A program made the position numbers and the translations under genes. Of a stretch of DNA of 64,000 bases, positions 18,818 to 29,227 are shown one piece after another; the first letter of the stretch is position 1; every line of letters begins with the position of its first letter. Source of the DNA: Rubripirellula sp. (GTDB taxonomy: Bacteria; Planctomycetota; Planctomycetia; Pirellulales; Pirellulaceae); NCBI GenBank assembly GCA_965216875.1, contig OZ244207.1:4960001-5024000 (forward strand), given 5' to 3'. The notes under the pieces were generated by a model that had not been told where the DNA came from, made no database searches, and saw only the letters and a list, made by a program, of their open reading frames with translations.

Positions 18818-21800
18818 CTAGCTTCCAAAGTTGGAACGGAACGCGGCGAAGTCAAAGAGGTTCACCGCTCCATTGCCATCGTTGTCGAATTCGGGAAGAA
18901 ATGCAGGGTCGGCGGCGGGTTTGTTGTAGGTCCCGCGGAAGGCTGCAAAATCAAACAGGTCGACGATCCCGTTGCCGTTCCGATCGCCATATTTGCGATA
19001 GAAATTGTCGGCCGCAATCTCACCAAACACTCGGTCATCGCCATTAGCGCCATCACCGTTTCCGTCCAGGGACGCGCCACCACGGGAAATCCGTGATGCA
19101 TCAATGGTCAATTGATAGTCCCCATCCAACAACGTCCCGGAGGCATGGACCGATGGGCCCGTTGTGAACGTGAAGCGAACCACCGTCTTGCCGTCAACGA
19201 TGCTTACAACTGGCACATCAGCAACAGCTTGGCCCGTGCCTTTGTTGATGAAACGGAACGGATCGCCGTTCGAATCGTCAATATCAACGTGCGAATCAAA
19301 AGAAACGGTCACTGAATCGACTCGGGATCGTTGGGTTGCGCCATCATTGACTGTGATCGTTTCCACAGTTGGGGCAGCACCGATCGATACGCTGTAGTCT
19401 TCGACTTCCCCGTCGCCGGCTAGCCGCGTGGGCAAAAGGTTCCCGCTGGATGAGATCCGGATCCGCATGGCCGTGTCGCCTGACACTGCGCTAGCTGGCA
19501 CGTTGATCCCCAGATCATTGCTGCCTGCATCGACTGCGATTGACGTGCCACCGTCGAGGTGTTCGGCGGGATGGTCAAACAGGCCGTTGCCGTCAAAGTC
19601 GATCCAAGCGTCGACCAACGCGGGTTCTGACGCAGTGATCGTGGCGGACGCAGTCGCGCCCGCCATCAAAGTGCCGATCGTCACGAGGCCATCTTCATCA
19701 TCGCCACCGTCCGCGTCGTCACCCTGAGCGTTGGAGGTAGGCTGGCCATCCGCGTCCGCATCCACTGCGATCCCCAAGACTGGGCCCCCCACCAGAATAT
19801 GGTGCGGACCAGAAGAAGCTTGCAGTGTCCCAAAACTATCCTCGGCGTCGCCGTAATCCACCGGCACATGGGTCACAACGAACTGATCAAATCGATCAAA
19901 GGTGGCGCCGGTGTTCCCAGTATCGACTAACAATTGATAGAGAAGCGGAAGGTCGTTGATATCAACGAGCCCATCGCCGTTGAAATCGGCGGCTGGATTG
20001 AACAAATCGTTTTCTGAGAGATAGATCGCTTCGAAGGCAGCCATGTCATCTGGATCGACGTCACCATCGACATCGAGGTCACCCAAGCCCGCTCCAAAGA
20101 TCGTCGACGTGAATTGCCCTGGGAACCTTTGAACATTGACGTTGCCCGACATCTCGAACGTCACGGTTGTGATCACATGATTACCGTGCGTCAGGCCACC
20201 GAAGTCTTTGGTGAACAGATCACGATCGACTTTGTTGGCTTGACTATTCCCATCAAGCATTGCGATCACTTCTGCGTCGGACAAACCGGCCGGCAAATTG
20301 AGGAATGCATGAATGTTGTCGCCCGTTAAATCGTGCCGCACTTCCAGACGGCGGTCTTGATTGATCCCCGCAACGATCGGATCAAAACGAACCAACTGTG
20401 ATTCGGGCGGGAGTCGATCGACATAGATGGACTTTTTGAATGAACTATAGATCGCGTCACCTTCGCCAGGTTCACGATGGCGAAATGCGCGAACTTCCAA
20501 AAAGTGCATGCCTTCACTAAGCGTGGTTGCATCGATTGTTTGTCGGTAGGTGCCGTTGCCGTCAGCTTCAAAGAATCCAGGCTCCTTCTGCGTGACAAAC
20601 TCTTCGAATCCTGTCGAGACACCGCCGCCGCCAACAAAGTCAACGAAACCGTTGCCGTTCAAGTCGATGCCTGAATCAAGCTTAAGGAGCGCGTTGTCGC
20701 CGTCGGCAAACTGATCACGCACCGAACCAAGATGATTGACGGCAAACGTGTCAAGTTGAACATCAAACGCATCGGCGCTGATCACATCAATGCCGGCGAC
20801 ACGCGTCGTCCCGTTGGTTTCTGGTGTTCCGGAAGAGCCGTTCAAAGTGGCGGACACGTTTGTCAGGCTCAGTGCGCCCTGGGGTCCGGAGGGACCATAG
20901 ATGAAATAGCCGGTATCGTGGTGCGTGCCGTTTGGTGCAACGTTTCGTGGCACGCGAAGGTTGACGGTGCCGTCTTGGTTGACCACCAATACTTCCGGGA
21001 AGTCGTTGAACGGATCGATCGTGCCATTGGCGGCATTGCCCGTCAGATCAACCAGCGGTGTGCCTGGAGCGAAATTCGTCTGAATCGTCCGACTGTCAAA
21101 ACCGGCGTCGAGCCGATTGCTCAACACGACCAGCGACGACGCGTCACGCTCGAAGATCAACATCTCCTTCTCGTCGGCTCCCGGCGTTCGATCAATGTAG
21201 TTGCCGCGACCGTGGGTGTTGCGAATGCCAACGAGCTTGGTAATCGTTTCACCGAACTGGCCGCCAACCGCATCACCGCGACCATCCTTGGGAAAGTCTC
21301 GCCCGTCGCCAAATTGTTCTGCATTGAAATAGACGATTGCGTTGCCTGGCCGCATCAAGACGTACGCATGAGCGACGTTGCTTAGATGGGCACCCTCTTC
21401 GTCGTGACTGTTTACGAAGGCAACCCCTTGACTGCCGTTGTTGGCGAGTCCGTCGTCCTGGACATCTTGGCTGGCGTTCTTGATGTCGCGCCAATCGTTA
21501 ACGATACCGTTGCCGGTCAGGTTGTCGCGCATTGCAAAGAACAAAGGGAAGTCCAACGCGTCGCGGTTACCGCCAATCCGGCCTGGATCATTCGGGTTGA
21601 TGTCCTTTCGAATCAGATTTTGAATCGCCGCCTTATCACTCGAGAAGATCTCCGAAAACATGAATGTGTGTTCGGTGCTGCCATCGAGCAGTGGTGTTTG
21701 GATCGCCCGATAGACCGCCCGGTCCAAAAAGTTCAACACCCAATCGGGAAAGTGTTTGGCGGCATCCAACCGAAAACCATCCACGCCGATCTCTTGGATC

Positions 21801-22630
21801 ATCCACTGGGCATTTCGCATGATCAGCCCGAGAGCGTTTTCCGGAATCGGATCGCCAGCGCCAGGGTCTGATGTATTGAAGGGATAGACCGGGATGTCCG
21901 ATTCGCCAGTGGTCGGGTCGAACAACATGATCGGATCAAGATCGCGATCGGGATAAAACTGTGTGTTCGATGGATCGGGTTGATTTGCGATCGTCCCCGC
22001 AGGCAAGTTTCGATTGTCAGCCGGATCGACAGGATGCCGGATCAGTTGGTAGTTCTTTTCCTGAGCAATGTCGTTCAAGCCAGCCAAGCGGCCTTCGAGA
22101 TCGCCGCCAGAAAAGACACTGTGAAAGTCACCATCAATGTCGTCGTAGCCCTGTGAGTTGTTCCCTGCATTGAGCGTTAGTGCAAAGCCGGGATAGCCGC
22201 CTTGGGCAACAAAGTCAGGAGTGCTTAGGTCACGAAAGCCGTTGTGGTTGGGAATGAAGTCGGCGTAGACATTGAAGTCGGCATCATGCAACACATCGAC
22301 CAGCGTCTTGAGCCCTGTTTCTGTTCCATACAGCGTTGGATTGCCCGGGCCACCCAAGTCGAATCGATCGTAGACATCGTAGCCGACAGAGAAATTGCCT
22401 GAGTCGGCACGGCCAGTCGGAGGAATCCAAACCGCACCGTATCCAGCGTGGAAAAGATCCGCCGCGCGCTGCTCGGTGTTTTCGTACGTGCTTTCGAAAA
22501 TCTGCAGGATCGCTGGGGCGGAAGCATCGAGCATCTTTCGCTGCTCGAGTGGTTCGCACATCAATGCGCGAAACAGTCGACGCCGAGAGGGCGACAAACA
22601 AGAACTTGGTTTGCGGTGGGCTCGGTTCAC
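18818..22630 (-). CDS. Extracellular GH13 alpha-amylase-family protein with dockerin-like and GEVED domains
   Basis: Planctomycete export motif RRLxxxxxEPLEQRKML; catalytic DGFRLDAAKH, FSEIF, FVNSHD; DGEVEDY; paired GDxNGNG/DxDGNG Ca-binding repeats. Confidence 0.85.
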   Translation of the reverse strand: MNRAHRKPSSCLSPSRRRLFRALMCEPLEQRKMLDASAPAILQIFESTYENTEQRAADLFHAGYGAVWIPPTGRADSGNFSVGYDVYDRFDLGGPGNPTLYGTETGLKTLVDVLHDADFNVYADFIPNHNGFRDLSTPDFVAQGGYPGFALTLNAGNNSQGYDDIDGDFHSVFSGGDLEGRLAGLNDIAQEKNYQLIRHPVDPADNRNLPAGTIANQPDPSNTQFYPDRDLDPIMLFDPTTGESDIPVYPFNTSDPGAGDPIPENALGLIMRNAQWMIQEIGVDGFRLDAAKHFPDWVLNFLDRAVYRAIQTPLLDGSTEHTFMFSEIFSSDKAAIQNLIRKDINPNDPGRIGGNRDALDFPLFFAMRDNLTGNGIVNDWRDIKNASQDVQDDGLANNGSQGVAFVNSHDEEGAHLSNVAHAYVLMRPGNAIVYFNAEQFGDGRDFPKDGRGDAVGGQFGETITKLVGIRNTHGRGNYIDRTPGADEKEMLIFERDASSLVVLSNRLDAGFDSRTIQTNFAPGTPLVDLTGNAANGTIDPFNDFPEVLVVNQDGTVNLRVPRNVAPNGTHHDTGYFIYGPSGPQGALSLTNVSATLNGSSGTPETNGTTRVAGIDVISADAFDVQLDTFAVNHLGSVRDQFADGDNALLKLDSGIDLNGNGFVDFVGGGGVSTGFEEFVTQKEPGFFEADGNGTYRQTIDATTLSEGMHFLEVRAFRHREPGEGDAIYSSFKKSIYVDRLPPESQLVRFDPIVAGINQDRRLEVRHDLTGDNIHAFLNLPAGLSDAEVIAMLDGNSQANKVDRDLFTKDFGGLTHGNHVITTVTFEMSGNVNVQRFPGQFTSTIFGAGLGDLDVDGDVDPDDMAAFEAIYLSENDLFNPAADFNGDGLVDINDLPLLYQLLVDTGNTGATFDRFDQFVVTHVPVDYGDAEDSFGTLQASSGPHHILVGGPVLGIAVDADADGQPTSNAQGDDADGGDDEDGLVTIGTLMAGATASATITASEPALVDAWIDFDGNGLFDHPAEHLDGGTSIAVDAGSNDLGINVPASAVSGDTAMRIRISSSGNLLPTRLAGDGEVEDYSVSIGAAPTVETITVNDGATQRSRVDSVTVSFDSHVDIDDSNGDPFRFINKGTGQAVADVPVVSIVDGKTVVRFTFTTGPSVHASGTLLDGDYQLTIDASRISRGGASLDGNGDGANGDDRVFGEIAADNFYRKYGDRNGNGIVDLFDFAAFRGTYNKPAADPAFLPEFDNDGNGAVNLFDFAAFRSNFGS

Positions 22631-22781
22631 AAGTCTGAGACGATTGGCGGGCTAAGTAGGTGGTAATGAAGCCACTCAGTTTACTTAGTCGCAACCGCCG
22701 CTTGGCGATTCCCCCCCGGTAGGCCAAAGATGTTGGTTTCCCAGGAATCTGCGGCAAATGCCGCTGTCATCTCATGCGCAC

Positions 22782-23678
22782 TCAGGCCGCTTTGGCCCTG
22801 GTCGCAATTTGCTGATCACGCTCAATCACAGCCATGATGCTGTGACCACGGAGCTTGGTCTTGTTGGGGTAGAGTTTGAACGCCGACTTCACCAAGGGCT
22901 TGACGATCGCACGTCGAACCGACCGCCGCGGCAAATGCTCAATCAAACTATTGGCGTAACTGCTGTGATGATACTTCGCCAAAGGTTCGAATCGCACGTC
23001 GCGAAGCGAAAGCCCCAGCAACTTGCAGGTCTGTTCGTAAGACTGTTGGTCCAACCGACTCATGTGATGCGGAGGCATGTCCAACAAGTGCCAGTGAACA
23101 CGTTTGAAAAAGGAATCGGCATTGGGTGTGCAGAGAATCAAACGACCCTTGTCAGTCAAGACGCGCGACGCTTGGCGAACAAAGTCGACCGGATCGGGTA
23201 CGTGCTCAAGAACTTGAAACGCACAAACGATGTCGTAGCGACGATCGGTTTCTGCAACATGTTCGATTCGTGAATCGGTAACATCGAGCCCCTTGTCGCG
23301 GCAGATTTTTAACGCTTCTTCGTTGAACTCGATGCCCGACAGATTGTTGTATCCCGCATCACGGCACCGATCGAGAAAGCCACCGCCACCACAACCGATG
23401 TCCAAGATGGCTGCATCCTTGGAAAGCCCGCTGGGAAAACAATGGATCGCTTCCTGATACTCCCACTTTTCTTCCATGTAGTAGAAGTCGTTCTGGGCGA
23501 GCTGTTCGTAGAAGTTGCCCGACCCTGGCTGACAACCATCAAAACGCAAAATACCGCTCTCCGGGTCTCGCGCCAGGACAACTTGGTCGCCCTGAATGAA
23601 CTGCTCAATGTTGATACTGAAACTGTCTTGGTAACGCTTGACGAGTTCGTCCGAGTTCCAGGTAATCGATTCGGTCAT
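22782..23678 (-). CDS. Class I SAM-dependent methyltransferase
   Basis: ILDIGCGGG, FQVLEHVPDP, PPHHM. Confidence 0.88.
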   Translation of the reverse strand: MTESITWNSDELVKRYQDSFSINIEQFIQGDQVVLARDPESGILRFDGCQPGSGNFYEQLAQNDFYYMEEKWEYQEAIHCFPSGLSKDAAILDIGCGGGGFLDRCRDAGYNNLSGIEFNEEALKICRDKGLDVTDSRIEHVAETDRRYDIVCAFQVLEHVPDPVDFVRQASRVLTDKGRLILCTPNADSFFKRVHWHLLDMPPHHMSRLDQQSYEQTCKLLGLSLRDVRFEPLAKYHHSSYANSLIEHLPRRSVRRAIVKPLVKSAFKLYPNKTKLRGHSIMAVIERDQQIATRAKAA

Positions 23679-23790
23679 GGAATAGCCTGAAGGCCAAAGA
23701 GTACGTGCGGAAGGAATTGCCCGTACCTCTTAGGAAAAATGCCCCCATGGCGTCAACATTGATGCGATCTGGATGCTGTTTCATCCGGCG

Positions 23791-24024
23791 TCAAAGCAAC
23801 TTACCAATGGCTGCGACGATCGCATCCTCACTTGGAAACTCGCCAGTCGCGAGCTTGGAATAGATCAGCTCACCGTCTACCGACACTTCAAAACAGCCAC
23901 CACTCGCCGGTTGAAGCTCAAGTCCGTCGAGCCGCTGTTTGTACTTCGTCAGAATCTTGGTCGCCAAACTGACGGCCTGCGGTTCGTAATTTCACGCTGC
24001 GCAATAACGCAAGTGGATCTTCAT
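23791..24024 (-). CDS. SelW/SelT/SelH (Rdx) family selenoprotein, 77 aa, CxxU (TGA at 23992-23994)
   Basis: MKIHLRYCAA-TGA-NYEPQAVSLA...GGCFEVSVDGELIYSKLATGEFPSED matches Rdx motifs on both sides of the TGA. Confidence 0.9.
23959..23977 (-). promoter_or_regulatory. Putative SECIS hairpin of the Rdx gene
   Basis: GGCCGUCA-GUU-UGGCGACC, 14 nt after UGA (one mismatch, one G-U pair). Confidence 0.65.
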
Positions 24025-24230
24025 TTCGGCTTCCCGTTTCACTTGTGTTGTCCACACCCGTCGCCAGCAAAGAAGTTTAGCCGAGTTGCTTGCATTTAGC
24101 AGCATCCGAGCGAGCGGGGCTTCGACAGGCAGTATTGTGACCCAATTCGCATTTTGATAACCCGTCATTGTGACGGCACACGCACTTCCGCAATCAATTG
24201 CTAGCAGAACGCCTCCGCCAAGCAACCATC

Positions 24231-25028
24231 ATGTCAAAACTCTCTGACCTTAGTCGCAAACTACTGACGCGCGTGGGATTCCGTTCATCGGGATGGTTGC
24301 CGCAGACCATGCGGGCAGACGACGTATTCATTGTTGGCTATCCGAAATCAGGTAGCACTTGGATGCGTTTTCAGATTGCCAATCTATTGCGAGAACCTGA
24401 AGGCGAAGAGATCGACTTTCACAACTATCGATTCCACGTCCCGGCGGTTGGTTCTGAGCACGAAGAAGTCGCTGGCGATGGACCACGTGTCCTCTCGACG
24501 CACGCTCCCTATCAACGGCAGATGAAGAAGGTGATTTACATCGTGCGAGACGGCCGCGATGTTTATGTTTCGTTCTATCATCACCTCAAGAGAACGCTAC
24601 CACCGGGAACAACCTTCAGTGAATTCCTTGCTCAAAAACAGTGGCCCTGCCGTTGGTCCGAGCACGTCAACGGTTGGCTCGACAACGCCAGGTTGGATCA
24701 ACTGTTGCTGGTTCGGTATGAGGACATGTTCACCGATGGTGTTGAGCAGCTTGCGAGGGTCGCCGAATTCGCAGGCTTGGATCGCAGTCGTGATCAAATT
24801 GCCGATGCCGTCGCACGATCAAGTTTCGATCGCATGAAACGAACCGAAACCGAAAAGGGTCGGTACAACAGCGAAGAAGGCCCCAAGAACTTTGTACGCA
24901 AAGGGGTCGCGGGCGATTGGACGACCACCTTCTCGCCAGCCGACATCGAACTCTTCAACGATTTGGAAGGATCGGGAATGAATCGTATGGGTTACCGGCT
25001 AATCGCTTCGAATCAACAAGCGGCCTAA
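24231..25028 (+). CDS. PAPS-dependent sulfotransferase
   Basis: YPKSGSTW 5'-PSB loop; RDGRDVYVS 3'-PB; RKGVAGDW. Confidence 0.9.
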   Translation: MSKLSDLSRKLLTRVGFRSSGWLPQTMRADDVFIVGYPKSGSTWMRFQIANLLREPEGEEIDFHNYRFHVPAVGSEHEEVAGDGPRVLSTHAPYQRQMKKVIYIVRDGRDVYVSFYHHLKRTLPPGTTFSEFLAQKQWPCRWSEHVNGWLDNARLDQLLLVRYEDMFTDGVEQLARVAEFAGLDRSRDQIADAVARSSFDRMKRTETEKGRYNSEEGPKNFVRKGVAGDWTTTFSPADIELFNDLEGSGMNRMGYRLIASNQQAA

Positions 25029-25105
25029 GTTTGTGGTAGCAACACCGCACTGTCCGTAGCTCGCAACGGCGAATCGCGGCTATCCAATGTCATGCGGAGC
25101 ATGAC

Positions 25106-26605
25106 CTACAACCCTGCATCACGTTTATCGAGCTTGCCAAATTCTGGCTTGGTCGGTTTGTAGGGTTTCATCTCGCCGTCGCGCGACATCAAAAATGTAT
25201 GTTCGCCGTAGCGAATCAGATGATGGCGGCGCACCATGTCCATGTTCCATTGAATCGGCGCCTCAAAAAGATTCATCGGACGAGCTTCGTCAGGCACGCC
25301 CACGGCAACAAGTGCTTCAATGCTGCTTTGCCAATTCGGTGAACTCGGCAGCGTTTCACTCCGCGACGGAGCGAGCTTGATCCACCCCACTGTGATTTGC
25401 CGGCTTCCTCGAATCCAGTTGATGGACGAGATGTACCCGATTTCGAGATGACGACCGCTGCGGCGCACGAAGCAATCACGAAGCTCTTTGTCGCCGAGCT
25501 TCGGGGGCGCCGGGAACAGGCTGCCGGTCAGGTGGATGTAACCATCATCCGCCGTCGCCACGCCGCTGCGATGCTCGGGTTCGACGTTGGCAACGGATGT
25601 TGAAACATCGCCGAGCGTTTTAAAGCCCGTCTTTTGCTTTTGATGGTCGATCCAGCGATAGTCTCCTGTCCAACACTGCCCGCCGCCCGCATCGAGAATC
25701 ACACAGCTTCCATCGGCACGAAACGAAATCCCAAACGTTGGATCCGATCCGTCCGCCGCAACTTCGATCCAATCACCGATCACTTCCTGTCGGTCCATTC
25801 CTGTCGGCCATACCCAATAGGTGACGCCAACGATGGCCAACACAAACAATCCACCAACAAGCACATCGGCACGTATCCTGATCGACTTTTTTGGTTTCCC
25901 CCGTCGCAAATCGGTACGAAGCTGTTCGCTGTAGTCTTCGAGACTTGGATCTTCTTCCAGTTCCTCGATCGGCCCAGCGAATTCATCAGCAATGTCGGCG
26001 GCTCGACTTGCCGGCGCGTTGGTTGCGTTTGGCGACTCCGACACGGGGCTCGATTGGACAACCGCCACCTGTGCGATTTGACTCTCCACCGGTGCTTCCG
26101 TTCTTCGCTCGCCGCGCCAACGCGAGTGGACCGGATGTGATGGGTCAACGCGTTGTGGGTGCGGCGCTGTGTTGGCAGCGGCAAGCCGCCCTTCCAAACA
26201 TGCCGCCAACACGTTGATACGTGTCACGGTGATCCATGGGTTTTGGTCACTGGTCGTTTCGGTACTCGGCGGAGGCTGACCATTGATCACTTGAACGAGT
26301 GCATCTTCGGGCAACATGCCGCGAACGGCGAACCCAATGAGTTCGCGAAGCTTGAAAGGACCGTCAAACGAATCGTTGACCCCAGTCAATCGAAACTCGG
26401 GAACATGCGTGCCGGCGGGATGGGGCAGGGGAGTCTGTTTTTGAGAAAACAGACCGATGTCGCCGGCACGCATCCACGGTCCATTTTCGGAACCGCCGAC
26501 CTGGGTCGCGGGAAGAACGATTCGTGCCAAGGCGGCTTCGCGCAATTCGATCCCCGTGAAAGGGCCGCAGACAGCGCGTTCGGTCTTGATGTAGAAATCA
26601 GTCAT
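25106..26605 (-). CDS. Membrane protein with two GYF_2/DUF4339-like domains
   Basis: Two GPF...L...A...G.L motifs; single TM helix near residue 250. Confidence 0.55.
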   Translation of the reverse strand: MTDFYIKTERAVCGPFTGIELREAALARIVLPATQVGGSENGPWMRAGDIGLFSQKQTPLPHPAGTHVPEFRLTGVNDSFDGPFKLRELIGFAVRGMLPEDALVQVINGQPPPSTETTSDQNPWITVTRINVLAACLEGRLAAANTAPHPQRVDPSHPVHSRWRGERRTEAPVESQIAQVAVVQSSPVSESPNATNAPASRAADIADEFAGPIEELEEDPSLEDYSEQLRTDLRRGKPKKSIRIRADVLVGGLFVLAIVGVTYWVWPTGMDRQEVIGDWIEVAADGSDPTFGISFRADGSCVILDAGGGQCWTGDYRWIDHQKQKTGFKTLGDVSTSVANVEPEHRSGVATADDGYIHLTGSLFPAPPKLGDKELRDCFVRRSGRHLEIGYISSINWIRGSRQITVGWIKLAPSRSETLPSSPNWQSSIEALVAVGVPDEARPMNLFEAPIQWNMDMVRRHHLIRYGEHTFLMSRDGEMKPYKPTKPEFGKLDKRDAGL

Positions 26606-26773
26606 CAACCACGGGCGACGGTAGCGAAACGGGGCGTTCCCAGAAATCCGCCCCACGTCGCATTGTAGCCGACACGTTCACAGCAGTCGCTGTGCCATTT
26701 CCTGAGCCGTGATCGCCGTAGCGACGCTCGCCCGAGCGTGGAAGTAGCGGCACCGACCTTTCATCAGAAACAT

Positions 26774-26838
26774 CGTCGCCTTTCGCTCCGCGAAAGGCGC
26801 GTAGGGTGACGCAACTTTCGCGGAGCGAAAGGCGACGA
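26774..26838. repeat. Palindromic repeat family 3
   Basis: tcgtcgcctttcgctccgcgaaag...ctttcgcggagcgaaaggcgacga. Confidence 0.8.
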
Positions 26839-26880
26839 TCAAGAATCACAGCCATCAGCCAGAGTGCCATCGGCACACGT

Positions 26881-26901
26881 GTCATGCACAGCATGACCTA
26901 C
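26881..26901 (-). repeat. GTAG-REP family 4 (GTAGGTCATGCTGTGCATGAC)
   Basis: Identical 21-mer at 56624-56644; 7-bp stem after GTAG. Confidence 0.75.
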
Positions 26902-26908
26902 GTTCACC

Positions 26909-28147
26909 CTATCGTGACTTGACGTCGTAGACCAACAACACGCTTTGATCGCGCAGGTACATTTTCCCGTTGGCGATCACAGGGTGAGCCCAAGCCCGTT
27001 CATCAGTCCGAGAGGGCTGATCAAAGTGACTCACTTCGATCATGTCATCTGTGGTCGCTTTGATCAAAGCGATCGGTCCCGATTCACTTCGCAGATAGAA
27101 GTGGCCATCAGCGTAAACCGTCGCTCCCTTGCCAATGCTTCGGGCATTGAAGTTCAACTCGCCCGATTCAATTTCGAGGCATCGAAACGTACCACCGCTC
27201 GATCCAAAGACATGATCGCCGAGCAGCAGGACACCACCGTGGTGATTGGCAATCGCTTTGCTGGCGTAAATCTCTTCGGTCGACCAGTCAGATCCGATTC
27301 GAAAACCGTTACACCCGACGCCGTACGATGAGGTGACAAATACGATGTCGCCTGAAACGACCGGTGTTGCAACGACTGCCGTCTTGCCTTCGCGATCGGC
27401 TTTCCAAATCAGCTTGCCTGTGTCGGGTTCGATCCCCGCAACACTTCGGCCGGTCAATTGTACATATTGCCGCTTGCCATGAATGGTGGCGACAATCACT
27501 GAAGAATAAGCTGCCGTGTCCGTCCACTCGGTGGTGCGCCAAAGCGTTTCGCCACTCTTACGATCAAGCGCGACGACCGTACCTTTGTTGCCGCCAGGGG
27601 TGCAGATCACTTTGTTGCCATCGACGAGTGGCGATTCACTGTAGCGCCACCCCGACATCATCTTGCCACCAAGATCGTCTTCGAGTTCGACCGACCAAAG
27701 CAGGTCACCACCCTCACGTTGCACACACGCGATGGTGCCATGTTGATTGAGCGTAAAGATTTGGTCGCCATCCACCGTCGGTGTACTGCGTGGTCCTTTG
27801 TAGCGTTTGTGACCGCCGCGCTCGCCGATCTTGGTCTTCCACGCAATCTGGCCATCGTCGTCCGAGAGCGCGATCAGGTAACAGCCGTCTTCGAGATCCC
27901 CGAGCGTGTAAACGTAGCCATTGGCCACCGCAACGCTCGAATAACCTTCGCCAAGTCCGTCAGCCTTCCACTGCATCGCTGGACCGCCCTCGGGCCACTC
28001 TTTAAGCAGACCGGTTTCCTTTGAAAGTCCATCCCGATTGGGACCACGCCACTGTGGCCAATCTTCGGCGACAACACTACTAGACAAAAACAGCGTAGCC
28101 GCAACGAATGACAGACACGCTCGGCGCGATAGGCGATCGACTTGCAT
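26909..28147 (-). CDS. PQQ-like/BamB-type beta-propeller protein (planctomycete-expanded family)
   Basis: Signal peptide; DWPQWRGPNRDG; repeated Trp-docking blades; WAHPVIANG. Confidence 0.85.
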   Translation of the reverse strand: MQVDRLSRRACLSFVAATLFLSSSVVAEDWPQWRGPNRDGLSKETGLLKEWPEGGPAMQWKADGLGEGYSSVAVANGYVYTLGDLEDGCYLIALSDDDGQIAWKTKIGERGGHKRYKGPRSTPTVDGDQIFTLNQHGTIACVQREGGDLLWSVELEDDLGGKMMSGWRYSESPLVDGNKVICTPGGNKGTVVALDRKSGETLWRTTEWTDTAAYSSVIVATIHGKRQYVQLTGRSVAGIEPDTGKLIWKADREGKTAVVATPVVSGDIVFVTSSYGVGCNGFRIGSDWSTEEIYASKAIANHHGGVLLLGDHVFGSSGGTFRCLEIESGELNFNARSIGKGATVYADGHFYLRSESGPIALIKATTDDMIEVSHFDQPSRTDERAWAHPVIANGKMYLRDQSVLLVYDVKSR

Positions 28148-28268
28148 GAGGATTGCTCGGTCGGTGGGAAGGGAGCAGCGTTCGACAACGACCGCCGCGG
28201 TAGGCATTGACGCAACATTCTAGCCTATCCGCGTCGGCCAAACCGCAACCCATCCCTCCGGCCGGGAA

Positions 28269-28742
28269 CTAGTGTGCCCGATGCGGGATCAACATCGCCA
28301 CGTTTTCAGCCTCATGATCCTCATGTTGCTCCAGCGCGGCAACAAACGATTCCACTTCATTGATCGCCGATTGCCACGACTCGAAGGGTGGCTCAAGTTC
28401 ATCAAGCCGATCCACCAAATCGTTCAACCGATCAAGCAACACTCGATGGTCGCGGATTGCCTGGCGCCGCGTTGCGCTGACCGCAACGCACTCAGGCGAG
28501 TATAAACCGGAGAGCTGGTTGGTGATCTCGTTCTCGCGTTGGAAGTGTTTGGCGAGTTGCCGCCGCAGCGACTTTAGCCGCAATGCGGTTTCGCCAAATC
28601 GTGGGATGCCTAGCTGACTCACGTCACTCATCCAATGTCGGACATCATCAAACTCTTCTTCGATTCTTCGGTCTTCGACCTTCCATTGACCGAAAAGGGT
28701 TTGGAGCCTTTCTTCGTAAATCACGTTCATCGTTCGACTCAC
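28269..28742 (-). CDS. Hemerythrin-like (HHE) domain protein
   Basis: HFQRE, DH and HEDHE helix motifs. Confidence 0.65.
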   Translation of the reverse strand: MSRTMNVIYEERLQTLFGQWKVEDRRIEEEFDDVRHWMSDVSQLGIPRFGETALRLKSLRRQLAKHFQRENEITNQLSGLYSPECVAVSATRRQAIRDHRVLLDRLNDLVDRLDELEPPFESWQSAINEVESFVAALEQHEDHEAENVAMLIPHRAH

Positions 28743-28842
28743 AGGGATGCCTCGGCAGTCCCGACGGGCTCAGCCGAGAGGGTAGATGCTTCTCGTCATC
28801 TTCTCTTATTAGGTGTGTCCGAGGTGAATTAAACAACTACTG

Positions 28843-28859
28843 TGCAGGTGAGATGCCAA
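28843..28859 (-). promoter_or_regulatory. Possible sigma54 -24/-12 promoter of the hemerythrin gene
   Basis: TTGGCATCTCACCTGCA (GG-N10-GC), about 100 bp upstream. Confidence 0.4.
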
Positions 28860-29227
28860 AGTGACCCGAATCCGAACAAGCGGTCTCAACTTTTTGAAAA
28901 CGATCGATAACGGCCCCGTTTGCGTTCAGAACCGATACAAGCAATACGCTGGGCGTGGCGTTTTGCCTCGGTTTTTCCCCGAGATTCGCGTGAATCTCCC
29001 TGGGTGGCTCAACGATTGGGCACAATCTCGTGCGCGGTATCGCCCACCAATGATCGCCGGCGACCACTTTTTGAAAAGGTCCACCCGATTCGCGGTCAAC
29101 AGCGCCCCGTCCCCACTTCCTTGACGCCCCTACTGTTGAGCACTATCGTCGGCAACTTCTCCGAACCAATGATTGTCTATTCCATCAAGTGTTCGCTCGA
29201 ACCCAATCCAAACTAGGGACGGTTTTG

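Noticed and set aside
23773..24225. ORFs 23773-24099 (+) and 23992-24225 (-)
   Set aside because: They are the antisense shadow and a spurious upstream extension of the Rdx selenoprotein gene
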